Assembly (NCBI GenBank): GCA_963718985.1
Contig: CAVRAQ010000028.1
Location: 5,048-69,047, forward strand
DNA: 64,000 nt
Source of the DNA: an uncultured Acidobacteriaceae bacterium
Lineage (GTDB): Bacteria; Acidobacteriota; Terriglobia; Terriglobales; Acidobacteriaceae
Direction: 5' to 3'
Each line of letters opens with the position of its first letter. Within the stretch, counting starts at the first letter, position 1. Below are positions 1-9,577 of the stretch, piece after piece. A program made the translations under genes and the position numbers. The notes beneath the pieces were generated by a model. It was not told the DNA's origin. It searched no databases and saw only the letters and a program-made list of their open reading frames with translations.

Positions 1-187
1 CCGGGCGAAGGCCGGTGACATAGTTTCCCCTGCTATCCGTCACGGCAATGTTGAGCTGCACCAGAACGACATTTACGCGGAAACGCGATGTCTCGTCCTG
101 GGCCGCGGGACGCGGCACAGCAGCCGTCAAGAGAAGCAAACCCGCGCATACCTCGAGGCATGCAAAAATTCTTTTTGACCGAATCAT
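1..187 (-). CDS. VWA-domain protein (Acidobacterial VWFA-related type), 5' part only; runs off the window edge
   Basis: Manual translation gives MIRSKRIFACLEVCAGLLLLTAAVPRPAAQDETSRFRVNVVLVQLNIAVTDSRGNYVTGLRP: a signal peptide plus the 'FRVNVxLVQLNxAVTDxxGxYVTGL' N-terminus typical of this family. GGAGG lies upstream. An alternative in-frame ATG at 361 overlaps the upstream stop (TAATG). Confidence 0.75.
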   Translation of the reverse strand, partial: MIRSKRIFACLEVCAGLLLLTAAVPRPAAQDETSRFRVNVVLVQLNIAVTDSRGNYVTGLRP

Positions 188-360
188 CGCGTTGCGCCCT
201 CCCGCCCGTTGCGTCTTCGCGGTATCCCCCGGATCGCTGCGCCCGATTCGGGTTTGTTCAAAGCCGAGGCTCCCGGTTGGCTGCGTCGGCTTGGGATTGC
301 TGCTCCGGGTGATGTCTTCCCGGTGTGTCCGTAGGCCCGCACCCGGGAAAAAGCCACTCA

Positions 361-3300
361 TTAGTTGCTGCTTCCAGCCGCGGCAATCGGCAAACTACCG
401 ACTTGCCCAGCCGTCGTACCTATCCCTTGCACGGTAACTTTGCCCTGCCGGAATTCATCGCCTGCTTTTTGTATGGCTCGCAACAAAGCCGGCCAATCGT
501 CGGTGTTGGTGGCAAAGATGTTCGCGACCATGCGGCGGGTCAGATTGGGGACCAGAACGTTGAGCATCGCCGGAGCATAGCCCATTTCATCGGCGAGGCG
601 CGCCCAGTAAAGATTGCTGGATTCCCAGGATTCGCCAAAGAGCCGGTCATCAAACGCCCCAGAGGCGGGGAATATCCCCATGTTGAGCAGACTGCAGGCG
701 TTGCTTTGCGCCATGGCCAGGTGGGGTATGCCAAAGTCTTTCGAGAGCCGCTCCGGGTTGGTATTGGAGGGGTCCCGGCGGGCAAGATCTTCCAGTTCCC
801 GGCCGGCATTTCCCCAGCGATGCAACTCCCCGGGAGACTTTCTACGATATTCGGCAGCCAGAAAGAAAGTGTCTGCCGGTGGCATCTGGGGAATAAACGC
901 GGTGGCGCTGTCCGGCTGCCTCAGGGCCTGTTCGGTCTCTTCCAAACGCGCCGGCGACATGTGATCGGAGAGGATCCCCAATACTTCTTCTCTGAGTTGC
1001 GGGTCCGATGCCGAAGCGATCAGGAGTTCTTCGCCGACCCGTTGATAGAGCGCCGCGGCATGCATTTCGTCCTGCCGGATGCCCCACCAGCGCGGCAGTA
1101 CCGCGCCCACCAGGAGCTCGGGGACGGTCTCTTTCCAGATCAATGCCTGGACGTTCGCCGGGGCAATAAAGTCCTGTTCCATCGAAGCCAGCGCATAAGG
1201 CAGATCGGCGAGCGATCCCAGCAAATAAGCGCCGCCGCCCGCGGTTACGCCGATTCCGACCAACTCCGGAGCATCCCAGACGTGCTCGATGCCCTGCACC
1301 GATGTGGCCGAGAAGTCGTGGGAGCGAACGAAGAGTGGGTTGTTGTGCAGAACCTGGGCGCCGGGAGGCTCATAGTAGGCGTAATTCAAGCCCACCAGCG
1401 TATCCCTGAGAAAGGGAGTCAGACGGCCGCGCGCGGCTTCCAGTTGGGCCGGAGAGCTCGGAGAATGAAGAATCTTGGTCAGGTCGGTTCGTACCTGCAA
1501 CTCCGCGTGACGGCTGGTGTAAACGATCGGAGCCCAGGCCGCCTTTTCACTTCCCGTGAAGATGGGGCGGGGCAGCTCGAATTCCCGCAGGTCTGCCGCA
1601 AGCGGAAGCAGGCTGTCGCCGATGGCCGCTCCGTGCGCCATATCCTCCAGGCCATCGAAAAGGCCGAAGAGGGAGTCGAGGGAAACCAGGCGCTGGTCAT
1701 CCATTACGGTGCGGATTCTCCGCGCCAGTTCCTGGTGCGCGCGCCGGCCGGCCGCACTGTCCTGTGCGGGGCCGGCGAGTAAATCGACGACCTGGTCCTG
1801 GGTAAGGTGCAGGCTTCCTGAGGCCGCGCCCAGGATCGACTCTAGCGAGTCGCGGGCTGCGTCAAAAAGCTGGACCGGCGATGAAACTGCGGAAAAGGGC
1901 TGAACCGCGTTTTGCCATGATCGATTCAGGCCGGGGGTTGGAATCTGCCCCTGCCGCGCGAAGATCTGCCAGAGTCCGATATCGGCCTGAAAGGCGCCCA
2001 GTGCATTTGAGCGAAGTGCGGGGTTCGAGGTCTTGTCGATTCGATCCGCCGTATCCACAAAACGAGTGATCGATGCGTCGTCCAAAGACGGAAATTCGGC
2101 GAAAACCGGGTACCAGTTGCTGAATTCCGAGAACCTTTCGGCAAGTAGCCGCACAGTCCCATCAGACAGCTTGTCTCCCTCGGGTCTTCCGCTGTCAATT
2201 GCGGTCAGCACGAGATAAATCTGCAACGGGCTGGCGCTGCCTTCAGCAGCCGAAGAGGCTACCAACGCCCCCAGCAACTGCTCCGGGGTATCCACAGCCC
2301 GGTTGCTTTTTGTCCAAGTGCGCACGCTGTTTGACTCGTACTTGCGGTTCAGGATCTCCTCCCAGACCTGCAGATTCCCTGGGACCCGAGGCTCGCCGTT
2401 GGCCTGCCATTGCAGGCGAGTCAAGAGCACCAGGAGCCCTGCGTTCCTTGGGAAGACACTTGCCGCCGCGGCGGTGTGAGAGTAATTGGCGGCTGAGCGG
2501 TAGGCCTCGTAGAGACTCTTGAGGCGAGTACCTTCAACCAGGTGGCTTTGCTGCGTTGAGCCGGCACGCGACACAGCGTCAAAATATGCCGCCAGCCAGC
2601 CTTGATCCTTCGCCAGCAGATGGGTGACGAACTCTCCCGGCGACTTCGGACTGGCTCCTACCAGTTCCCTCCAGGCTTGCTCTGCACCCGCTCCGCCGGG
2701 CACTTTCACTTCGCCGGAGCGAATGCTGATCCAGCTGCCATAGAAGTCAAGCTCAGCCGCATAGGGAAGCAGTCTGCCCAGCCCGGTTGACCGCATCAGG
2801 GCAAGCCTCGTTTGCCCATCGCTTCTGGCCAGGGCCGAATAGAGGCGGCCCACATTCCGGTCGTGCAGCAGGACATCGAGGAGATCTCTTCTATCGCTCC
2901 TCTTCAATGTGCTGAGCGAAGTCCATGCTTTTTCAGAGAACAGGACCGGGACCCGTGTAGCGGGAAACGCATAGGTAAACGGAGTGCCTCTCTGGAGGGC
3001 CTTTTCAAGCGCCGTCAGCGGGAAGCCCGAGTCGATGGTGAGGAAGGCGCGCTCCGCGTCGGCCGTCATCAGGCTGGCGCCGTCGGGTCCGCACCCCTGC
3101 TGAAACTGGTATCCAAGAATCTGAATCAGCCGGTTTACATCGCCGCAACCCCCAACCCGGATAATGCCGTCAGCACCCGCCAGGGAATGAAGCTCCCGGG
3201 CCAGTTGCACATACCGTTCGACCAGCAGCAGGAACTCAGTCGGTTTGTCCTGCGTGTAGCCCCACAGTGAAACATTGCGAGCCAGCATCGGCATCACATC

Positions 3301-3537
3301 GGAGGGGGAGATCTCCTGGCTGATGCCGGTCATGCGCAGGAAGGAGCGCAGCGGGCCCGGAATCACAACCATATCCCCCGATGAGGATGGCGGCGAAGCA
3401 TCCGCGGTAGCTTCTACGCGCGTGTTGGCGGGTGAAGAGTCCGGTTGCGGCGTTTTGCCCGCGCCTGCGGCGAAACACGCTTCCATGCACAGAAGCCCCG
3501 CTGCAAATGCAGCGAGAGAACGAAGAGGAGGGTTCAT
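361..3537 (-). CDS. Large secreted hypothetical protein (1058 aa)
   Basis: Long ORF with N-terminal signal peptide and GGAAGGGG upstream; co-directional with and abutting the VWA gene; no recognisable catalytic motif. Confidence 0.85.
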   Translation of the reverse strand: MNPPLRSLAAFAAGLLCMEACFAAGAGKTPQPDSSPANTRVEATADASPPSSSGDMVVIPGPLRSFLRMTGISQEISPSDVMPMLARNVSLWGYTQDKPTEFLLLVERYVQLARELHSLAGADGIIRVGGCGDVNRLIQILGYQFQQGCGPDGASLMTADAERAFLTIDSGFPLTALEKALQRGTPFTYAFPATRVPVLFSEKAWTSLSTLKRSDRRDLLDVLLHDRNVGRLYSALARSDGQTRLALMRSTGLGRLLPYAAELDFYGSWISIRSGEVKVPGGAGAEQAWRELVGASPKSPGEFVTHLLAKDQGWLAAYFDAVSRAGSTQQSHLVEGTRLKSLYEAYRSAANYSHTAAAASVFPRNAGLLVLLTRLQWQANGEPRVPGNLQVWEEILNRKYESNSVRTWTKSNRAVDTPEQLLGALVASSAAEGSASPLQIYLVLTAIDSGRPEGDKLSDGTVRLLAERFSEFSNWYPVFAEFPSLDDASITRFVDTADRIDKTSNPALRSNALGAFQADIGLWQIFARQGQIPTPGLNRSWQNAVQPFSAVSSPVQLFDAARDSLESILGAASGSLHLTQDQVVDLLAGPAQDSAAGRRAHQELARRIRTVMDDQRLVSLDSLFGLFDGLEDMAHGAAIGDSLLPLAADLREFELPRPIFTGSEKAAWAPIVYTSRHAELQVRTDLTKILHSPSSPAQLEAARGRLTPFLRDTLVGLNYAYYEPPGAQVLHNNPLFVRSHDFSATSVQGIEHVWDAPELVGIGVTAGGGAYLLGSLADLPYALASMEQDFIAPANVQALIWKETVPELLVGAVLPRWWGIRQDEMHAAALYQRVGEELLIASASDPQLREEVLGILSDHMSPARLEETEQALRQPDSATAFIPQMPPADTFFLAAEYRRKSPGELHRWGNAGRELEDLARRDPSNTNPERLSKDFGIPHLAMAQSNACSLLNMGIFPASGAFDDRLFGESWESSNLYWARLADEMGYAPAMLNVLVPNLTRRMVANIFATNTDDWPALLRAIQKAGDEFRQGKVTVQGIGTTAGQVGSLPIAAAGSSN

Positions 3538-4259
3538 TGCGAATACCCCTTCCGATCTGCTTTAGTTCAACTTCAATTCATGAACTAGCAAGATACCTGT
3601 ATCACCGTGCGCACAGCGATGTGCGGTTCCTGGGAGGCCGCGCTGCCGTCTGGCTTGCACCTGTGCCTGTTCCGCGCTATTCCCAATTCCCCGGTTCTCT
3701 AATTCCTGGACAAATGAATGCCGTTGGGTGCCGGTCTCATCAGGATCCCGGGAAGTGGTTTGGGAAGCTATAGGGTCTCTGCCTTGCGAGCCCGGTCATG
3801 CCAGTCCTTCAGTGGTCAAAGAAGACGGGAATACACGCACACCGGTGAGCCATTCTCGCAAATACGAAATCATTTGGGCAAGTTTATTTTTGATAAAGTT
3901 GCTGCTGGTCCGGCTACCGCGAAACATGCATGAACCACGGAAAAGAACGGCTAAGTCCGGCCATTACACCGTCGATATCGGGTGAAAAAGCGGATGCTCC
4001 AGGACCGGACATTGGTTCTACCGATGTCTCCTCTGTTCCGCAACCAACGCCTTTGCACCGAAAATGCGACATTTGAGCCCCGGCACGGACCCCAGGCATC
4101 TCCTGCCGAATCGAACCACCACTCCGGCGCCGATGCGCACCTTGTTCTGGTGGTTGTTGACGCCGGCGTCGGTTTCGAATTTCGCACTGCGGGTAAACCA
4201 GCGCGCATTGAGCTCTCCGCCAATCACATGCAGATCGTCCCCGGCTGGGACCACGTGGA

Positions 4260-5717
4260 CTATATCGCCGCGGCCGCGGAGTGGGAACCATGCCTTGAAG
4301 CGAGCGGAAGGGAAATTGTAATCCGGGCTCCGCCGCTCTCGCGATTCGAGGCTGCAACGGTTCCCCCATGGGCGCGCGCGACGGCATCGATAAATGCCAG
4401 ACCAAGCCCGTGCCCGTTCGAATCCCGCCCCTTCACCCTGCGCTCGAACAAATGGAGAAACACTTCGGGATCGAATCCTGGTCCGTCGTCTTCGAGGATC
4501 AACCGCGCGCTATCCTCTTCGCCCCGCAGTTCGATCGTGAGGCTACAGGCGGGCGGCAAGTGCTTCAGCTCATTGTCAAGGAGATTGGCGATCATGCGAT
4601 GGAGAAGCGCGGCATCGGCGGAGATCTCCACCGGGCCGCGGCTGCGCAGCGTTACCCGCAATCCTCTCTCCGACATGGAAGGTTCATAGAGATCGATCAT
4701 GACTCTGAGCAACTCGTTCAGATCGATGGCGCTGCGCGTAAGCCGAAGCGCATCCGCTTTGGCCTCGGCAACATCCAGCGACTTGTTGAGAAAGTCGGTG
4801 AGTCGATCCAGTTCCTCGATTGCCGAGACAATCGGTTCGGCCTGCTCGCCATCCGTGACTGTCGATAACGACATCTCGAGCTTTCCGCGAATTGCCGTCA
4901 GGGGGCTGCGCAAATCGTGAGCCAGCGAATCTGTGATGGTATGCAACTGGTGCATGGAACTCTCGATCCGGTCGAGCATGCGATTGAGAGTCAGGGCCAG
5001 GTGGCTGACCTCGTCGTTGCGTTTGGTGGTTGGCACTCTGGCGTCGAGATCGGAATGGCCAATTCTCGAAGCGGCTTCGGTAATCTCCCGGACGTGGCTC
5101 AACATGCGCCTGGTGGTGAGGAATACAATGCCGAACCCCAGCAGAACAATCAACAGCCACAACAGCAGAAAGCGCAGGCGCAGGCTCCAGAGCACCCGCC
5201 GCTCATCCCGCTCCGACAGGCCCAGAAAGATCTGGCTGCCATCCTCGATGCGGATTGAAGCCACGCGAAAGGGGACTGCGAATCCGGGGACACGCAGGTC
5301 GGTTGGCAGGTTCGGAGGGATCCTGCTGGCCTGAATTGCCTTCAGGTGGGCCTCGCCGCTGCCAGCGCCTACCCAAAGCTTGAGAGAGCCGTCCCCACCC
5401 GATTGAAGAAAGAAAACCGAATCGTTGGAATCGCTCTCTGAGGCCTGCTTGTCGGGCACCTCTCTGGCCGCCAGCTCCGCCACTTCTCCCACCACGCGGC
5501 CATAGAGGGCGTCGTTCGGTGTCCGCTCGGCCACATCGCCCAGCACCTCCACTTCGCCCGAAAGCCATGCATCGCTGCGGCGTTGAATATCGCCGGCGAC
5601 AAAATCTTGCAGAAAGACGAAGACCACCATGGTTCCGCACGCAAATGCAAGAGTTGCCCACAACGAAATGCGCCAGGCGGCGCTGCGCATGGTCGGCCTA
5701 TCGGTCTTTGAGGACAT
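4260..5717 (-). CDS. Sensor histidine kinase (2 TM, HAMP, HisKA, HATPase)
   Basis: H-box AHDLRSPL, N-box NLLDNELKH, G-boxes DDGPG and GHGLGL; overlaps the 3' end of the response regulator gene. Confidence 0.93.
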   Translation of the reverse strand: MSSKTDRPTMRSAAWRISLWATLAFACGTMVVFVFLQDFVAGDIQRRSDAWLSGEVEVLGDVAERTPNDALYGRVVGEVAELAAREVPDKQASESDSNDSVFFLQSGGDGSLKLWVGAGSGEAHLKAIQASRIPPNLPTDLRVPGFAVPFRVASIRIEDGSQIFLGLSERDERRVLWSLRLRFLLLWLLIVLLGFGIVFLTTRRMLSHVREITEAASRIGHSDLDARVPTTKRNDEVSHLALTLNRMLDRIESSMHQLHTITDSLAHDLRSPLTAIRGKLEMSLSTVTDGEQAEPIVSAIEELDRLTDFLNKSLDVAEAKADALRLTRSAIDLNELLRVMIDLYEPSMSERGLRVTLRSRGPVEISADAALLHRMIANLLDNELKHLPPACSLTIELRGEEDSARLILEDDGPGFDPEVFLHLFERRVKGRDSNGHGLGLAFIDAVARAHGGTVAASNRESGGARITISLPLASRHGSHSAAAAI

Positions 5718-6375
5718 AGCCCACACCTCGCATGGTTCGAATCAGCGGTTGCTGTCCTGCGCCGTCGACCTTGCCGCGCAGCCGGTAAATATGCACGTCG
5801 ACCACGTTGGTGTCCGGTTGAATGCGCATGCCCCACACCTTGTCCAGAATCATCGAACGCGTCACCACGCGTCCTGCATTCCTGCACAGATACTCGAGAA
5901 GGACGAATTCCTGCTGGGTCAGTTGCAGAATCTGTCCGCCGCGCGATGCCTCCCGCCGCAATAGATCCAGCTCAAGATCCAGCACCCGCAACCGCGTTGC
6001 CTCTCCGGCCGCCGGGCTGTTGCGCTTGAGCAGGTTGCGGAGGCGCGCCAGCAACTCTGCAAGCGCGAACGGCTTGGTCAGATAGTCGTCTCCGCCCTGT
6101 TCCAGCCCTCGCACGCGATCGTCGACTGATCGGCGCGCGGACAGAATCAGTACCGGAGCCCTCACGCCCAGTTGACGCAAGCGAAGAATCAAGCTGATTC
6201 CGTCCTGATCGGGCAGTCCAAGATCGACGATGAGTATGTCGAATGTGCCCTCGACCGCAAGCCGCTCGGCCGTTTTGCCGTCCGGCGCAGCTTCCACCTG
6301 GTACCCCGCTTCCTCAAGTGAACGCCGCAGGAAACTCTGAATATCGATTTCGTCTTCAACGAGCAGAAGGCGCAT
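5698..6375 (-). CDS. OmpR/PhoB-family response regulator (resembles CusR/CzcR heavy-metal subgroup)
   Basis: LLVEDE, DLGLP, GGDDYLTKPF receiver motifs; winged helix TNVVDVHIYRLRGK...IRTMRGVGY. Confidence 0.95.
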   Translation of the reverse strand: MRLLLVEDEIDIQSFLRRSLEEAGYQVEAAPDGKTAERLAVEGTFDILIVDLGLPDQDGISLILRLRQLGVRAPVLILSARRSVDDRVRGLEQGGDDYLTKPFALAELLARLRNLLKRNSPAAGEATRLRVLDLELDLLRREASRGGQILQLTQQEFVLLEYLCRNAGRVVTRSMILDKVWGMRIQPDTNVVDVHIYRLRGKVDGAGQQPLIRTMRGVGYVLKDR

Positions 6376-6464
6376 GAAGCGATATTAGTGCATCTGCATT
6401 GCTTTTTTCGAGCGCGCCCCTCTGGTTTCACTCTCTCAGTCCCGGAAGCGGCTGCTATTTTTGC

Positions 6465-6484
6465 CAAGATGAACGTGATGTCAT
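6465..6484. promoter_or_regulatory. Putative response-regulator operator, copy 1 (CAAGATGAA-N6-GTCAT)
   Basis: Imperfect palindrome ATGAA-N6-GTCAT, repeated at 6655-6674 in the same divergent intergenic region. Confidence 0.45.
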
Positions 6485-6654
6485 CTGGGCGTTCACTCTC
6501 AGTCATCTCTCTTCACTACCATTAGACGCAGGTTCCATGAAAACCCCACGCGACTATTCCGCGCGAGCGGACGGAGAACCTATGGGAATGGCCGCGGCTT
6601 CATCACACTCTGCAGGTTTCCTCTTTCGCCACGCAACGCGTTGTACCGTCCCGT

Positions 6655-6674
6655 CAAGATGAAGGAAACGTCAT
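6655..6674. promoter_or_regulatory. Putative response-regulator operator, copy 2 (CAAGATGAA-N6-GTCAT)
   Basis: Same 9+5 nt arms and same spacer length as 6465-6484. Confidence 0.45.
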
Positions 6675-6818
6675 GGAAACAAGCTTGATTACGCGCTTTC
6701 CAAAGCGTGCCTGAATTCGTCTCACCAGTGAATTGAAACCCGCGGTGCCGTGGTTGTTACGCGACCCGGTTTTCCTGCACAAAGTAACCGCCCTATCCAA
6801 ACGATATCGAGGATCAAA

Positions 6819-7764
6819 GTGTATTCGGCGAACGTCATGGATCAATTGGACACGAGTTTTCTTGCGCAAGCTTTCAGCACCTTTCTTTCGCTGCCGGCGG
6901 CTCTCGATCCCAACTTCGAAGATCGCGCTTCGTCATGTGCTCGACAACCCCGGAAGCCTGGTTCGCCCAAAGCTGGTTTTTCAAATGGCGACTGCGTACG
7001 GACTGGATCCTGCTCAAGCCCAGGAACTCGCCATCGCGCTCGAGTACTTCCACACCGCTTCTCTTCTGTTCGACGACCTGCCCTGCATGGACAATGCGCT
7101 GGAACGGCGCGGCGCTCCCTGCACTCATCTCGTATTCGGCGAGGAAGGCGCCATCCTTACCGCGCTTGCTTTGATCAATCGCGCTTACGCGCTCACCTGG
7201 CGCGCTGTTGCAGGCTGCCCGCGGGACCAGACAGGCCCGGGCACTCGACTTCATCGAGCATTGTCTTGGCGTGGAAGGGCTGCTCAACGGGCAAAGCTTC
7301 GACCTCCATTACTCAACTTTGCCCCGCACGCTGGAGACAACCGAACGCATTGCCCGCGGCAAGACGGTTTCGCTGATCCGGCTTACGCTGGTGTTGCCGG
7401 CCATGCTGGGCGGAGCTTCGGCCCGCGAACTCCAGCAGATCGAGCGGATCTCGGTATTCTGGGGCCTCGGTTATCAGATCGTGGATGACCTCAAGGATGT
7501 GCTTCAGAGCTCAGCGCAAACCGGAAAGACCCCGGCCCGCGACGTGGTGCTGGACCGCCCGAACATCGCGGCGGTCATCGGAATTCACGGCGCCGTTCAG
7601 CGCCTCACGCGGTTGATCGATCTCGGAGACAGAGTGCTGCGCAGCCTTCTCGCTTCACGGCCCGGAACTCGACTTCCTGGAGAGACTGCGCGGCGAACTC
7701 CAGGAGAGAGCTTGCCCGGGTTACACGGGATTCCTGCGTGCTGGCGGAGAAAGGCGGGCTGTGA
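6819..7764 (+). CDS. Polyprenyl diphosphate synthase (trans-IPPS, CrtE/IspA-like); frameshifted in this sequence
   Basis: FARM HTASLLFDDLPCMD...RRG (frame of 6733 ORF); GQSFD, KT and SARM YQIVDDLKD (frame of 7208 ORF); N-terminus in frame of 6750 ORF. Apparent shifts near 6925, 7230 and 7665-7720. Likely ends at the GTGA overlap with the next gene. Confidence 0.85.
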
Positions 7765-8876
7765 TCTTTCTCAAGTTGATTCTGACCAACCTGCGCCGCC
7801 ATCGCATCCGCTCGCTGATCAGCGTGGCCGGAATCGCCTTCAGCGTAGCGGCAATGCTGACTGTAGTCACGATTCTGCAGGGCGCCGATCGGCATGTTCT
7901 CCGGCATTCTCTCCAACGACAGCGAGATCATCGTCTTCGAGCGCGACGTCTCCGACCTTTTCTTCAGCAACGTTCCCGCGGACGCGGCTGCGCAGATTTC
8001 CAGCTTGGCCGATCGTGGCTCACGCGAACCCGGTGTTGTTCGGAATCGTCTCCAGCGCCGGTCACCCGATTATCACCTGTTTTGGGGTGACTGCCTACGG
8101 ACGCGCGCATTCAAAAGGCATCGTGGCTCGAAGGCGATCGCGGCAGTTTTGCGCAACGTGCCGATGACGTGGTGCTGGGCGCGCGCGCAGCCGAGTTTCT
8201 CTCCGCAGCTCTCGGCAGCCAGGTTCAGATCGGACATGGAACATTCCACGTCATCGGCGTGCTGAAGACGGCCAACGGCTTTGAGGATGGCGGAGTCTTC
8301 ATGCCGCTCGCTTCCGCGCAGTCCTTCTTTCACAAGCAGGGAACTTCCTCGGTGATCACGGTCAAACTGCGCAATAAAGACGATGCCGCCGCTTTCAAGA
8401 ACATGGTCAGAGCGAAGTATCCGAACCTGATCGCACTGGAAGATGCGGAGTTTACACGCTCCTATTCGCAGTTCAGGATTCTCAAGGCCACGGCCTGGGC
8501 GGTTGGTGGTTGCGGCCTGCTGCTCGGCGGACTGGGAGTGGCGAACACCATGATCATGTCGGTGTTCACGCGCATCCGCGAGATCGCGATTCTCCGCGTC
8601 AACGGATTTTCTCAAATGCAGATTGGAGGAGTGATCTTCGGCGAGTCCGCGGTTGTGTCGGTTTCCGGCGCAGTGACTGGACTGCTGGTTGGAACCTGCT
8701 TTCTGTACGCGCTCAAGCTGATTCCCGCTCTTGACGGATACGTCGACCCAACCATTCATCCGCTCCTCATGCTGGTTGTGCTGGTGCTGGCCTTGCTTAC
8801 CGGAATCGCGGGCGCCCTCTATCCGGCTGTCTACGCCATGCGGATTCGCGCGGTGGAGGCGCTTCGATTCGAATGA
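7761..8876 (+). CDS. ABC transporter permease, MacB/FtsX/LolE-like; frameshifted in this sequence
   Basis: NLRRHRIRSLISVAGIAFSVA N-terminus, periplasmic segment, C-terminal FtsX motif NTMIMSVFTRIREIAILRVNG...YPAVYAMRIRAVEALRFE; pieces in ORFs 7761, 7894, 7208(end) and 8169. Confidence 0.88.
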
Positions 8877-9577
8877 GACTCGCGTTTGAAAGCAATGGAA
8901 ACCGGCGCATCGTTTTGCGCGCGGAGAATTTATGGAAGAGCTACGACGAGGGGACAGTTGCGGTTCTCAAGGGCATGGATTGCGAGGTCTCCGCGGGCCA
9001 AACGGTGGCTCTTTGCGGACCTTCGGGCTGCGGCAAGAGCACGCTGCTGCACCTCTTCGGCGGGCTCGATATGCCCGACCGCGGGCGAGTCTCGGTCAAC
9101 GGCGTTGAAGTCAACCGGCACTCGAACCTGCTGCGCCTTCTGCGCCACGAGGTTGGCTTCGTCTTTCAACTTCACAATCTGATTCCCGACCTGACTCTCG
9201 CGGAAAACTGTCTCATCCCCACTGTTGCCGCGGGGATTGACGGCCGCACCGCAAAGGCGCGTTTGGTGGAACTCGCGGAGCGCACCGGGCTCAGCCATCG
9301 GCTCGGCCATCGCATCCAGAAACTCTCCGGCGGAGAACGCCAGCGCACGGCGCTCTGCCGCGCTCTGATGAACAGGCCGAAGATCCTGCTGGCCGATGAG
9401 CCGACCGGCTCGCTCGATGAGCAGGCCAGCAACGTGGTCTTCGATCTCTTGCTTGACCTGGTGGCCACCGAGGGCGCAACCCTGCTGATGGCCACGCACG
9501 ATCGCAGTCTTGCCGGGCGCTGCGACCGCCTTGTGGAGATGCACGATGGAAAGATCCATGAGCACGCACACGCTTGA
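8873..9577 (+). CDS. ABC transporter ATP-binding protein, LolD/MacB-like
   Basis: Walker A GPSGCGKS, LSGGERQR, ILLADEPTGSLD, ATHD; ATGA overlap with the permease gene. Confidence 0.95.
   Translation: MRLAFESNGNRRIVLRAENLWKSYDEGTVAVLKGMDCEVSAGQTVALCGPSGCGKSTLLHLFGGLDMPDRGRVSVNGVEVNRHSNLLRLLRHEVGFVFQLHNLIPDLTLAENCLIPTVAAGIDGRTAKARLVELAERTGLSHRLGHRIQKLSGGERQRTALCRALMNRPKILLADEPTGSLDEQASNVVFDLLLDLVATEGATLLMATHDRSLAGRCDRLVEMHDGKIHEHAHA

Noticed and set aside
325-1782. 485-aa plus-strand ORF and other long antisense ORFs (e.g. 18555-19697, 21470-22474, 27562-28491, 36090-38066)
   Set aside because: Shadow frames opposite well-supported genes in GC-rich DNA; no motifs.
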